A stretch of DNA of 64,000 nucleotides, taken from Shigella phage phi25-307. The stretch lies in sequence record MG589383; one strand, written 5' to 3'. A model generated the notes under the pieces. It did no database searches. It worked only from the letters and a program-made list of their open reading frames with translations, and had not been told where the DNA came from. The position numbers were made by a program, and so were the translations under genes. Shown in pieces: positions 19,807-29,360 of the stretch (position 1 is the first letter of the stretch; the number at the start of each line of letters is the position of its first letter).

Positions 19807-20018
19807 TATCCACATAGTACACCGTACAGAGGCTCATTTGAACTTTTAAATCTAATGGGCTTGTATGTAATAGTTCCTTCGGCTTTAGCTTTATCATAAG
19901 ACTCTTTAAAACGTCTCATTCTTTCTGCTTTGCCTTTACGGATTTTATCGAAATTTTCAGAGGTCATGTCGTTCGTCATGCATAATCACCTCTCAGAAAA
20001 TACCTAAATCGATTTCTC

Positions 20019-20240
20019 TCATCGTTTCCACCATTTCTTAACTTGAAATGAATCAACCCATACGAGTTGTTTTGGGTCTGCCTTTACAATAGGTGGACAA
20101 ATTTCTGTAATAGAACCGTCGTGATATTCCTTTTCAGAGATTTTAACACAAAGAGGACCTCCCAATTTAAGGGTGAACCCTGCGTTCAGCTTCAGACGTT
20201 TAAACTTTGTTTGAACTAGCGCCATTAATGATGTCCTCAA
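20019..20240 (-). CDS. hypothetical protein (73 aa)
   Basis: small ORF in the 47-55 interval. Confidence 0.4.
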   Translation of the reverse strand: MRTSLMALVQTKFKRLKLNAGFTLKLGGPLCVKISEKEYHDGSITEICPPIVKADPKQLVWVDSFQVKKWWKR

Positions 20241-20523
20241 TAGCCTGACGAGTAGTAACCCACTGGATTTTAATTAACTTGTCATTATATGGTTGTCGTA
20301 GAATATCCCGAGATTTCTTAATAGCATATTCGTAAGCTTCGAAGTTGTTTTGAATTGCTGCTTCTTGAGCATGAGCATAAAGACGGTTTAGTTCAAAACG
20401 ATTCTTTTTAAGAATCTTTTCGGATTTTTTACGTGCTTCAGCTTCATTTTTCTTTTGGATTTCTTGTAGCATTTTAGCTACTGCATCTTCTGCTTCTTTA
20501 TTTTCAATAATCTCGGTAGTCAT
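20200..20523 (-). CDS. hypothetical protein (107 aa)
   Basis: small ORF in the 47-55 interval. Confidence 0.45.
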   Translation of the reverse strand: MTTEIIENKEAEDAVAKMLQEIQKKNEAEARKKSEKILKKNRFELNRLYAHAQEAAIQNNFEAYEYAIKKSRDILRQPYNDKLIKIQWVTTRQAIEDIINGASSNKV

Positions 20524-20524
20524 A

Positions 20525-20734
20525 TTATCTCATTAAATTAAAATAAAAACGTCCGTCCTCTTCAATACAGAACTCATACTCAACCGGAGTCCCATTTATC
20601 GAAAATGACACGTCATGTGGGTTCAAAGGGTCGATGTCAAAATTAATTTTAAATTCACGACCCAACAGTTTTACCAAATAAGGTATTGCTTCGTCAAAAG
20701 GTTCTTCTAAGTAGTTAGAGATGTCAATTGTCAT
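20525..20734 (-). CDS. hypothetical protein (about 70 aa)
   Basis: start trimmed to internal ATG so it does not overlap gene 55. Confidence 0.4.
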   Translation of the reverse strand: MTIDISNYLEEPFDEAIPYLVKLLGREFKINFDIDPLNPHDVSFSINGTPVEYEFCIEEDGRFYFNLMR

Positions 20735-21281
20735 CCTCATATAAAAAATCCAAACTAGGCGAATCGCTAACAACTTCCTTCTTTTCAGCCCCAGGAGCTT
20801 TATAAGCGGATTCTTCATAATGCGTCATTTTATCGTAGATGTCTTGAATAAACGTTTCATCTACCAACGCTACCATATCATCGTCATGACTGTCGTAGAC
20901 ATTATGAACGAAGTAACTATATTTCTTTGCAACTTCCTTACGTTCTTTTTTGATACGTTGGACAAAAGCATTAAAACAAGCTCTAGTTATGTATGCATGT
21001 GGGTTATTGTACTTAGTTTCGTCGAAATTATGAAGTCCCTTAATAGAGGCTTCAATCCCATCTGCAATCATCTCCTGCTTCCAAGACTGGGTATATCCTG
21101 AAAAGTTGAAACGTTTGGACAGGCCTTCGGCGATAAGCATAATTGCTAAACCGATTGTATCATTCTGACGAATAATTTTGTTTGGGTCTTTATTATTTAA
21201 GAGCTCCTTTTTCCACTCGATTATAGCGGCGAGAAGCTCTTTATTATTCACATAGTTATTTTTAGGTTTTTGTTCAGTCAT
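20724..21281 (-). CDS. 55: gp55 late-transcription sigma factor
   Basis: 185 aa; ...NYVNNKELL...[55 protein letters not shown]... matches T4 gp55. Confidence 0.95.
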   Translation of the reverse strand: MTEQKPKNNYVNNKELLAAIIEWKKELLNNKDPNKIIRQNDTIGLAIMLIAEGLSKRFNFSGYTQSWKQEMIADGIEASIKGLHNFDETKYNNPHAYITRACFNAFVQRIKKERKEVAKKYSYFVHNVYDSHDDDMVALVDETFIQDIYDKMTHYEESAYKAPGAEKKEVVSDSPSLDFLYEDDN

Positions 21282-21436
21282 AAGTACCTCTTAGCTCAAT
21301 TCATAGGTCTATTATATCATAATATTTAGAGACCTATCTTAAAGCACGAGATACTACCAAAGATACGTAACTTTCATAAAATTGTCGACTTAAAATTCAC
21401 CAAACTTTTATTCGGTTATAGTAATTCGAGATAGTT

Positions 21437-21664
21437 TCATTCTAGTTCCTTTGCTGCTTCAAGAGCAGCATCCAGCGAATCAAATTGGTCAACGAAATCA
21501 ATATTCAACGCATCGTCAACCGTAGCATATAACCACCATTGTTTGAATTCGTATTCTAGAATAAATCCAGGCCCTTCAATCTGAGGAAGACCTAGGCTAT
21601 TTGTACCAACTTCGTAACCAGCTAGACGCAGGTCATTAATCAAAGTTTCTGTTAATACGCTCAT
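21437..21664 (-). CDS. hypothetical protein (75 aa)
   Basis: ORF. Confidence 0.45.
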   Translation of the reverse strand: MSVLTETLINDLRLAGYEVGTNSLGLPQIEGPGFILEYEFKQWWLYATVDDALNIDFVDQFDSLDAALEAAKELE

Positions 21665-21993
21665 TTTACCGCCTTAACAATTTTCAGGTCAACGAATTTT
21701 TTCTTACGTTGATTTTTCATACGACGGATAGTCTTTTCAGAGATTTCATGTTTCTGATAAGCTTTAGATTCAACACCAAATGCAGCAACGTCAAATTCAG
21801 AAAGAATATATTGTACTAGAATTTCACGAATAGAATTACGTCCAATTTTCTGGTCGTGTTTTTGCATGATTTCATAAAGACGGAATTCCCACGCGTCAAG
21901 AACTTGAGGAGTAACAATATTGCCGGATTCAAGAAGAGCAACAACTTTATCGAAAGCGAAAGAATTAACTACATTTTTGATTTTAGTAGACAT
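21661..21993 (-). CDS. hypothetical protein (110 aa)
   Basis: internal ATG at 21993 with RBS GAGGAAAATAAT. Confidence 0.5.
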   Translation of the reverse strand: MSTKIKNVVNSFAFDKVVALLESGNIVTPQVLDAWEFRLYEIMQKHDQKIGRNSIREILVQYILSEFDVAAFGVESKAYQKHEISEKTIRRMKNQRKKKFVDLKIVKAVK

Positions 21994-22011
21994 ATTATTT
22001 TCCTCGGTTGT

Positions 22012-22056
22012 TTTATTATCCAATGAGAGCATTATACTCTGCTCTCAAGAGTTTGT
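22012..22056. repeat. 45 bp intergenic element with inverted repeat GAGAGC/GCTCTC; identical copy at 52286..52330
   Basis: exact sequence tttattatccaatgagagcattatactctgctctcaagagtttgt seen at both loci. Confidence 0.8.
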
Positions 22057-22059
22057 GCA

Positions 22060-22299
22060 TTATTTCGTGATAAGATAATGTAAATAGTTTGCTTGACGAA
22101 CACTGATATCAACACCCATATCAAAGATACCTTTATAGAACGGGTATTTGTTTTCAGTAGAATCTAGACTAAAAGCCTTTCCACCACAACTAACGGTAAT
22201 AGCATCAGTTAAAGTGTCATATACAAACTTAATAGTTGAACCATTCACTACGACTTCAAGACGTTTTTTCGATGTAGTAATGTCTAATTCTTGTTCCAT
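22060..22299 (-). CDS. hypothetical protein (79 aa)
   Basis: ORF. Confidence 0.45.
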   Translation of the reverse strand: MEQELDITTSKKRLEVVVNGSTIKFVYDTLTDAITVSCGGKAFSLDSTENKYPFYKGIFDMGVDISVRQANYLHYLITK

Positions 22300-22362
22300 G
22301 ATATTTTCCTCATTTTAAGACGATAGGAAGATAATAACATGTCTTCCTATCGTTGTACATTA

Positions 22363-22575
22363 TTAACCGAACTTTTTAGCGCCTTTCCAGCCTTCGTACA
22401 TAACTGCACAAGTCAGTAGTACAGCGTGCTGGCATTCTTTGTATTTGTAAATCCAGAACCAGCGTAAGAAGTCTTCGTCCTCAACACCGTTGAGTTTCAT
22501 ATTGGCAAAGAATTCGGCACGTTCTTCACGAAGTTGCCATGACACAATATTTTCAGGATTCATTTTGTGTTCCAC
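22363..22575 (-). CDS. hypothetical protein (70 aa)
   Basis: ORF. Confidence 0.4.
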   Translation of the reverse strand: MEHKMNPENIVSWQLREERAEFFANMKLNGVEDEDFLRWFWIYKYKECQHAVLLTCAVMYEGWKGAKKFG

Positions 22576-22694
22576 GCCCCATTTTCATCAATAAACTTAA
22601 TCCAGTCATTTACAGACCATTTAGTTGTATCACCCTTTGGATTAACATTTAAAGTATATAATCCCTGCTTAAAAAGCATTCGTTTGATATTCAT
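22560..22694 (-). CDS. hypothetical small protein (44 aa)
   Basis: ATG at 22694 with RBS GAGGAAATT. Confidence 0.35.
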   Translation of the reverse strand: MNIKRMLFKQGLYTLNVNPKGDTTKWSVNDWIKFIDENGAWNTK

Positions 22695-22701
22695 AATTTC
22701 C

Positions 22702-22995
22702 TCAACTGTAACGATAACATTCGTTAGCTTTACGTTTGGCTTCAGTATGAGAAGTATTATAATCATAATCTTCTTTACTGTAAACATCTTTTTTCAACTT
22801 ACGAACTTCTTTGCGGAGTTGTCGATTCATTTCGTTCTTGACTTCAGAATCAACGCCTTTCATACGTTTCCATTTATCTGAGCGGAATATGTTTTCAACC
22901 ATGTCTTTGTGGCTAACACCGTCAGGAGCTTTACGTTTACCAAAATAGTCGTAATCACGAACTTTCAAATCTTTACGACGATACGTTTTACCCAT
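22702..22995 (-). CDS. hypothetical basic protein (98 aa)
   Basis: ATG at 22995 with RBS GAGGTACTT; Lys/Arg-rich. Confidence 0.45.
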   Translation of the reverse strand: MGKTYRRKDLKVRDYDYFGKRKAPDGVSHKDMVENIFRSDKWKRMKGVDSEVKNEMNRQLRKEVRKLKKDVYSKEDYDYNTSHTEAKRKANECYRYS

Positions 22996-23002
22996 AAGTA
23001 CC

Positions 23003-23251
23003 TCAGAGGTTGATTGATACAATGCGTTTGATAAAATTCACTTCACTTACTGAAAGGTCTTTAAGACCGATTGATTCTAAACGCTGAGTAAGCGTCAACA
23101 TTGGGATATAGTCCCATTGTGTTTTAGACGTTTGATAAGTACGGACGCCATTAGCAATTTCAACATGTAAATCGGAAATGGTAATGAATACCAGTCGCTC
23201 GTCATTAACTTTAAGGGTTAGAACAACTTTCTTTGAATCTAAACTAATCAT
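23003..23251 (-). CDS. hypothetical protein (82 aa)
   Basis: ORF. Confidence 0.45.
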   Translation of the reverse strand: MISLDSKKVVLTLKVNDERLVFITISDLHVEIANGVRTYQTSKTQWDYIPMLTLTQRLESIGLKDLSVSEVNFIKRIVSINL

Positions 23252-23430
23252 GGCTTAATTTCCTTCGCAATTGAACAGAAGATACCACGGTCACAAAGCA
23301 TTTCACCAATTTCTGGATATTTGATCGAACGGTACCAAACATCTAGGCTTGAAACTCTGGTTATCTGTACTGCATTACCGCTGACAGAATAGTACTGGTC
23401 GACCTTAATTTCTTTATCTTCAATTGTCAT
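23248..23430 (-). CDS. hypothetical protein (60 aa)
   Basis: internal ATG with RBS GAGGAAAATAAA. Confidence 0.4.
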   Translation of the reverse strand: MTIEDKEIKVDQYYSVSGNAVQITRVSSLDVWYRSIKYPEIGEMLCDRGIFCSIAKEIKP

Positions 23431-23595
23431 TTTATTTTCCTCTATAGTAGATGGTTTAATCTTAACACATCTATTGAGGATGTAAACTGTTTTATGAAAA
23501 TATTTTTGATTTGAGAGGGGCACAAGGAGATAGTGAAGTGAGGATTCCAATAGATTATATTAGAAATGGGATAAAGAAGACCAGGCGGCACCTGG

Positions 23596-23904
23596 TCAAT
23601 CTTCTATGATATCAGAGTCGTATCCTAATGAAATCAAGGACTTTTTAAACTCTGCAATATTCTTTTGTTTCTTACCATTTAAAAATATGACAGGATAACG
23701 AATATTAAGTGAAGTGAATCCTGCACGTTTAGCAAGAGATACGATTAAAGGACGGTCATATTCAATCTTACCATTATTAGTGAGGACTTTATAAAATGTA
23801 TAAGGAGCATTGAGTTCCTTTAAAAGTTTTGTAACAGTATAACATCCTGGACAACGTCCTACTTCTTCAGGGATGCCATAAATTTCAATTAAGTTTTGAC
23901 CCAC
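23596..23904 (-). CDS. nrdH: glutaredoxin-like protein (NrdH-like)
   Basis: CPGC redox motif near N-terminus; 102 aa; precedes nrdG/nrdD. Confidence 0.6.
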   Translation of the reverse strand: MGQNLIEIYGIPEEVGRCPGCYTVTKLLKELNAPYTFYKVLTNNGKIEYDRPLIVSLAKRAGFTSLNIRYPVIFLNGKKQKNIAEFKKSLISLGYDSDIIED

Positions 23905-24196
23905 AGGAAATTACCCCTTGATAGTTCCAGGTTTTTAGAACTTCTTCGCAAACAGCTTCTTCATCAACGGTTTCATAAGGAACATAAACCTGGATAAGGA
24001 ATCCGGTATCGTCGAAGCTGAAATAAACCGTAGGCTTAATACCATGAATCTCAGACAATGCATAGATGTCTTTAAGGTCGTCTTCTTTACCAACAAAAAA
24101 CCCTGGGTTCAGGTCACAATCATAAAAATACCATTCATCACCGAACTTGTCCCATGCATTCCAGTTTGTTACAACATATTCTTCAAATCTAATCAT
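23885..24196 (-). CDS. hypothetical protein (103 aa)
   Basis: ORF. Confidence 0.45.
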   Translation of the reverse strand: MIRFEEYVVTNWNAWDKFGDEWYFYDCDLNPGFFVGKEDDLKDIYALSEIHGIKPTVYFSFDDTGFLIQVYVPYETVDEEAVCEEVLKTWNYQGVISCGSKLN

Positions 24197-24198
24197 AA

Positions 24199-24438
24199 TT
24201 AAGCCTTTTTATCAAGAACATCATTCAACTTATTAGTAATTTTATCCAGGCGTTCATTAAACTCGCTAGAAGATAGTCCTTTTTCTGGAGAAATTAAACT
24301 AATCACGAAAAATACAACAGTAAAAGGAATAAGAAAAATAGCTCCAACTGCCATAAACAAAAAGAACGTTACAGTTGTAAGAAAATCAGCTAAACCTTTA
24401 CGAAATTTATACATATTTACCCTTAATTGATTAACCAA
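24199..24438 (-). CDS. small membrane protein (79 aa)
   Basis: hydrophobic segment FLFMAVGAIFLIPFTVVFFVISLI. Confidence 0.45.
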   Translation of the reverse strand: MVNQLRVNMYKFRKGLADFLTTVTFFLFMAVGAIFLIPFTVVFFVISLISPEKGLSSSEFNERLDKITNKLNDVLDKKA

Positions 24439-24528
24439 GCATTGATAAACACTAAACTATATTGCGAATAAAATTCTGGACCAAAACGAAAAATCATATC
24501 ATTTATAGTATCCATAATGTAATTCAAT

Positions 24529-24999
24529 TTAATCATGTTTCCACACCCCATCGGTATTTGACCAAAGTCGCTGATTATCTGATCCTCGCCACAGTTTTTT
24601 GGTCGGAAGATTTTTCTCATACTTCCCATCAATAATAACATCAACATATTTAAGCATTTCTAGTTGTTTAATATCTTCAAACTTGTATCCTGTCCACAAC
24701 CAAATGCTTTTATTCGGATAAAGATTTTTTACTGTTTGAACCACAGAGTGAATAACATCTCGGTTGTCAGGATAGAGAGGGTCACCTCCGGTTATAGTCA
24801 ATCCTTCTATATAATCATTATTCAAGCATTCAATTAATTGTTCTAGTGTCTCTCCAGTGAATGGAATACCATTTCTAGCATTCCATGTTGATTTATTATA
24901 ACACCCTTCACATTTATGCAAACACCCTGTAACGAAAAGAACGACCCTGCATCCAGGGCCATTCACAAAATCGCAGGGATAAAATCTATCGTAATTCAT
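24529..24999 (-). CDS. nrdG: anaerobic ribonucleotide reductase activase (radical SAM)
   Basis: 156 aa; CLHKCEGC (CxxxCxxC) motif. Confidence 0.9.
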   Translation of the reverse strand: MNYDRFYPCDFVNGPGCRVVLFVTGCLHKCEGCYNKSTWNARNGIPFTGETLEQLIECLNNDYIEGLTITGGDPLYPDNRDVIHSVVQTVKNLYPNKSIWLWTGYKFEDIKQLEMLKYVDVIIDGKYEKNLPTKKLWRGSDNQRLWSNTDGVWKHD

Positions 25000-26813
25000 T
25001 GGTGTTTAACCCTATGCATGATTTCTTTATTTTTGCCAAGATTAAATCCGCGTTCGTTCGGATTTCCCAAATAGCCACATGTTCTTCTTATTGTGTTCAT
25101 CTTTTTAGGATCAGTTTCTCCGCAAACTGAACAAACAAATCCGTTTTCAGTAGGAGTCATTTCATGGGTACTTCCGCATGTAAAACATTTATCTACTGGC
25201 ATATTAACACCAAAATAATCTAAATGTTGTGCAGCATAATCCCAGACAGCCTCAAGACCTTTTAAGTTATTTTTCATATCAGGAAGTTCAACATAAGAAA
25301 TGTGTCCACCTGTTGCAATGAAATGATATGGGGCTTCGCGAGAAATCTTTTCAAATGGAGTAATATTTTCTTCTACTGAAACGTGGAAACTATTAGTGTA
25401 CCAGCCTTTATCAGTGACATCCTTTACACTTCCATATTTTTCTGTGTCGAGTTTACAGAAACGATAACACAAGTTTTCAGCAGGAGTAGAATACAAGCTA
25501 AAAGCAAAACCGGTTCTTTCAGTCCACTGCTTAAGACGAGCATTCATTTTAGTCAAAATTTCTTGCCCAATATCACGTCCGACAAGAATATTCAATTCGT
25601 GAATACCAATGTATCCTAAAGACACTGAACTTCTACCGTTTTTAAATAACTCAATTATGTCGTCATCAGGTTTAAGACGAACCCCGAATGCACCTTCTTG
25701 GTAAAGAATAGGAGCAACAGTAGCTTTAACTCCTTTTAAGGAACTAATTCTACACATCAAAGCTTCAAAACACAGATCCATTCGTTCATTAAATAGCTCA
25801 ACAAATTTCTGTTCATTGAACTGTGTTCCAATATAAGAATCTAACGCAATACGAGGAAGATTCAGTGTTACAACACCAAGATTATTACGTCCATCAAGAA
25901 TTTCATTACCAGTCGAATCTTTCCATACACTCAAGAAACTACGACAACCCATTGGAGAAACAGGAATAGATGAACCGGTGATAGCTTTATTATTCTTAAC
26001 TGAAATAATATCAGGATACATTCTTTTGCTTGCACACTCTAGAGCAAGCTGCTTAATATCATAGTTCGGATCGTCTTTATAAAGATTAACACCTTCTTCA
26101 ACGAACATAACAAGTTTAGGGAAAATAGGAGTTATCCCGTCGCGACCAAGACCTTTAATACGATTTTTAAGAATTGCCTTCTGAATAATTCGTTCAGTCC
26201 AGTCAGTTCCAGTACCAAATGTGATTGTTACAAAAGGCGTTTGTCCGTTTGAACTAAAGAGAGTATTTACTTCGTATTCATACGCTTGGAATGCATCGTA
26301 TACGTCTTTTTCTGTTTTAGATTGGGCATAATTCAACGCATCAGCGATTTGCCATTTTTCTGCATCCTCAATATGTTTTGCATAGGTGCGTTTAACATAA
26401 GGAGAAAGAACTTTATCGACATTCGCAAATGTAGTTCCACCATACTGATGCGAAGCAACTTGTGCAGTAATTTGTGCCATAATTGCAGTAGCAACGCCAA
26501 TAGATTTAGGTGTTTCAATTTGAGCATTACCTAGCTTAAATCCATTCTCAAGCATCCCCTTTAAATCTACTAAACAGCAATTAGTAAATGGAAGAGCAGG
26601 AGAATAATCAATATCATGGAAATGGATAATTCCACTTTCATGTGCTTTCATAATAAAAGACGGGACCATATTTTTGGCAATGTGCTTAGACACAATACCA
26701 GCCATAAGGTCCCGTTGAGTTGGAAAAACACGAGAATCTTTATTAGCATTCTCGTTCAAAAGATCTTTATTAGTTTTATTAATTAATCCTTCAATTTCTT
26801 TTTCAATTTTCAT
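24996..26813 (-). CDS. nrdD: anaerobic ribonucleoside-triphosphate reductase
   Basis: 605 aa; C-terminal glycyl-radical motif RRTCGYLG and Zn-Cys cluster; uninterrupted frame. Confidence 0.95.
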   Translation of the reverse strand: MKIEKEIEGLINKTNKDLLNENANKDSRVFPTQRDLMAGIVSKHIAKNMVPSFIMKAHESGIIHFHDIDYSPALPFTNCCLVDLKGMLENGFKLGNAQIETPKSIGVATAIMAQITAQVASHQYGGTTFANVDKVLSPYVKRTYAKHIEDAEKWQIADALNYAQSKTEKDVYDAFQAYEYEVNTLFSSNGQTPFVTITFGTGTDWTERIIQKAILKNRIKGLGRDGITPIFPKLVMFVEEGVNLYKDDPNYDIKQLALECASKRMYPDIISVKNNKAITGSSIPVSPMGCRSFLSVWKDSTGNEILDGRNNLGVVTLNLPRIALDSYIGTQFNEQKFVELFNERMDLCFEALMCRISSLKGVKATVAPILYQEGAFGVRLKPDDDIIELFKNGRSSVSLGYIGIHELNILVGRDIGQEILTKMNARLKQWTERTGFAFSLYSTPAENLCYRFCKLDTEKYGSVKDVTDKGWYTNSFHVSVEENITPFEKISREAPYHFIATGGHISYVELPDMKNNLKGLEAVWDYAAQHLDYFGVNMPVDKCFTCGSTHEMTPTENGFVCSVCGETDPKKMNTIRRTCGYLGNPNERGFNLGKNKEIMHRVKHQ

Positions 26814-27283
26814 TTTAAACTCTTTCTAAGCTGCTTTTTGAATGAAGCTATTAATTGTGTTTTGGTATCAGATTCATTATATTCAAATCCTCTTTGAAGC
26901 ATCTCAGCCATCATTTCCTCTTTACCTAGTCTTGAGAACTCTTTAGTTTTGTCTGGAACAAAATTAGGATGGATATTATTATCAGAATAATCTTGTTTCA
27001 AATAAGCAAGAAGAGCTTCAAGCCATTCGAGGTAGTCGACATCACGTCCTTTAAGACCAGAACGGTTGAACTTATGCTTCATTTGACCTTCTGCTGCGTT
27101 GCACAGATTACAGAGTAACCCACGAACTCTACCGGCTTTTGGCCCGTTTAATTCATGGTCGTGGTCAAGATGGTTACCTTGAACATCAGGGTCTAATTCA
27201 CGGTGGCAAATAGGACACTTACCATTCTGTGCATCATAAAATTTTTGTTTTTCTTCTTTATATTTTGCGCCTGATAATAACAT
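26810..27283 (-). CDS. 49: endonuclease VII (Holliday junction resolvase)
   Basis: 157 aa; CPICHREL...HLDHDH...LCNLCN zinc/His motifs as in T4 gp49. Confidence 0.9.
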   Translation of the reverse strand: MLLSGAKYKEEKQKFYDAQNGKCPICHRELDPDVQGNHLDHDHELNGPKAGRVRGLLCNLCNAAEGQMKHKFNRSGLKGRDVDYLEWLEALLAYLKQDYSDNNIHPNFVPDKTKEFSRLGKEEMMAEMLQRGFEYNESDTKTQLIASFKKQLRKSLK

Positions 27284-27318
27284 GATAAACCCTTACCTTA
27301 AATAGATAAGGGTATTTA

Positions 27319-27744
27319 TTAACTTAAACGTCTTTCTAAATATTCAATGTATTCTGCGGCTGCTTGCATCAGATTACCTTCATAGCCGTCGTTATTTTCT
27401 TGTCCGGCTAATTTAGCTAATGCATAAGAAATTCGTTCACCTTCGAATTCACCAAGTTTACTACCTAGCACATCCGCAATATCAGCCGAATCAATTTCTT
27501 CGAGTTCATCTATTGAATGGGATTCCCAGAAGCACCAAAGAGAAGTATCACGGTCATAGATGCAAAGTTTCTCACCTGTGTTCAACAACACTTCGATAAT
27601 GCCATGGGCACCATAACCATCTTCGGTAGTAGTACCAATTACCTTGATGATCGTATCTTTCTTTAATTCAGGAAACTTATCTTGGAGTTCTTCGTCTTCT
27701 TTAACAATTTTGAACCATTTACCGCGAGTTTCAGAAATATTCAT
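27319..27744 (-). CDS. hypothetical acidic protein (about 141 aa; start uncertain)
   Basis: ORF; internal ATG chosen, alternative upstream start possible. Confidence 0.4.
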   Translation of the reverse strand: MNISETRGKWFKIVKEDEELQDKFPELKKDTIIKVIGTTTEDGYGAHGIIEVLLNTGEKLCIYDRDTSLWCFWESHSIDELEEIDSADIADVLGSKLGEFEGERISYALAKLAGQENNDGYEGNLMQAAAEYIEYLERRLS

Positions 27745-28044
27745 ATCAATATTCTCTATAAAAGTTACGATGAGAACGTTTAGCTTTGCGAAGCTGACGT
27801 TTAGTAGGACGAACTGTAAATGGTTGTCCAGAGAAAAAATTCGGATCGGTTTTAATAAGCAAATACCAATCATGCTTGCCATTTTTTAATAAACGGTACA
27901 ATAATTTAACTTGCATAATAATCTCTTCCCATTTCCATATCAATTAATTCATTTATTGAAGGTTCATCATAACATGGTTCTTCGTAGTTGTAAACCGTTT
28001 CGACGTCTGGCTCGACTGTCTCCCATCGAGCCGAATACCACGGT

Positions 28045-28389
28045 TTAACCCCGGAGTTTATTGAGCTCTTCATAATCAATCCAGGATTCTAGCCCTGACG
28101 GCAGGTCACATTCAATGTTCCACAGAAGCTCTTCGATGGCTTGTAGGCGATTATATTCTTCAACGGTAATGGTAACCATTGGTGCAACCGGTTCTGCCTT
28201 TTTAACCATCATATCGTTCATCAGGACGTAAAGGTCATCACGAACGACACTGTCGTTCCATGTCCATATTTCAGCATCTCGAACCAATGAAGTCGGAATC
28301 GAATTTAAAACTTCAAGCTTAGTAGGAGCGTCAGGGCCGAGAAGAGTTGCTACAAATTTATATGCTTTGGCGAAATCAATATCGTTCAT
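28045..28389 (-). CDS. hypothetical protein (114 aa)
   Basis: ORF. Confidence 0.5.
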   Translation of the reverse strand: MNDIDFAKAYKFVATLLGPDAPTKLEVLNSIPTSLVRDAEIWTWNDSVVRDDLYVLMNDMMVKKAEPVAPMVTITVEEYNRLQAIEELLWNIECDLPSGLESWIDYEELNKLRG

Positions 28390-28649
28390 TTAAAATATTC
28401 TCGCAGTTGGTCGAATCCACCAATATGACTTCCGTCAGGAGCAAACACTTGAGGCATAGTCAATCCGACTTGTGATTCACGTCCAAGCTTAACCAGAAGC
28501 TCAGCAATTTTCTCATCATCGAACACACCTTTTTCTGGCATAACATTAATGAATTCGAATGGCTGTTTCTTAACAGTCAGCAATCGTTTCGCATTATCGC
28601 AATAAATGCATTTATGAATAGTAGAGTCATAACCATACACTTTAAACAT
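28386..28649 (-). CDS. nrdC: thioredoxin/glutaredoxin NrdC
   Basis: MFKVYGYDS..HKCIYC.. (CxYC active site) matches T4 NrdC. Confidence 0.85.
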   Translation of the reverse strand: MFKVYGYDSTIHKCIYCDNAKRLLTVKKQPFEFINVMPEKGVFDDEKIAELLVKLGRESQVGLTMPQVFAPDGSHIGGFDQLREYFK

Positions 28650-29055
28650 TATTTTTCCTTTCATCGATTAAATATGCAACACCAAATACAATACATGTAA
28701 TAAAACCTGTGATACCGATAGAGAACATCAACACTGTACCAAAGAACCAAATCAAGTTATCTTTAGTAGTTTGTTTGATATCCATCTCACGAATTTCTAT
28801 AGCTATCGTATCACCTTTATTCAGAAGCGTATAAAACGACGGTGATACATGCCTGTCAAAAACTCGACCTTGTTCATCTTTATAAACTGCAATAAATTCC
28901 AATTTAGAATATTTTCCTGAAGATTGGCCTGAGATTAATTCCACTACCTCCACAGGAATTACTTTAGTTTCCATGTAAGTATTCTGGCTGTTCCAAATGA
29001 ATGGAATAATAGCAAAAACTAAAGCTGCGATAAAACAACGAAGGCTATATCTCAT
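28642..29055 (-). CDS. membrane protein (137 aa)
   Basis: N- and C-terminal hydrophobic helices. Confidence 0.5.
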   Translation of the reverse strand: MRYSLRCFIAALVFAIIPFIWNSQNTYMETKVIPVEVVELISGQSSGKYSKLEFIAVYKDEQGRVFDRHVSPSFYTLLNKGDTIAIEIREMDIKQTTKDNLIWFFGTVLMFSIGITGFITCIVFGVAYLIDERKNNV

Positions 29056-29360
29056 TATAATGTTCTCTCAAATTTGTGGAAGCATTTACGGCATTTCAAT
29101 TTCAAGTTATCAGTGGTCCAGTTAACCAGTTGGACTTGGATAGTTCCACATTCCGGGCATGGATGTTTTGCTGCCGATTTGGCAGCATTTTCACGTCGTT
29201 CAACCATTTTCATGATTTCGTTCCATGCCGGAGGAACGAACTCTTCTTCACCGTGGATTTTATCTCGCTGAACAAATTCAATCTTTGAACTATCGTCAAT
29301 AAACTTAACCAAGCCGTGATTAGTGCTCATGTCAATATCCTCTAAAAGACGTAGTTTCAT
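29055..29360 (-). CDS. zinc-ribbon protein (101 aa)
   Basis: CPEC ... CRKC motif pairs. Confidence 0.5.
   Translation of the reverse strand: MKLRLLEDIDMSTNHGLVKFIDDSSKIEFVQRDKIHGEEEFVPPAWNEIMKMVERRENAAKSAAKHPCPECGTIQVQLVNWTTDNLKLKCRKCFHKFERTL

Noticed and set aside
24996-26813. Possible group I intron or homing endonuclease in nrdD, as in T4
   Set aside because: NrdD is a single uninterrupted 605-codon frame and no GIY-YIG or HNH ORF is nearby.
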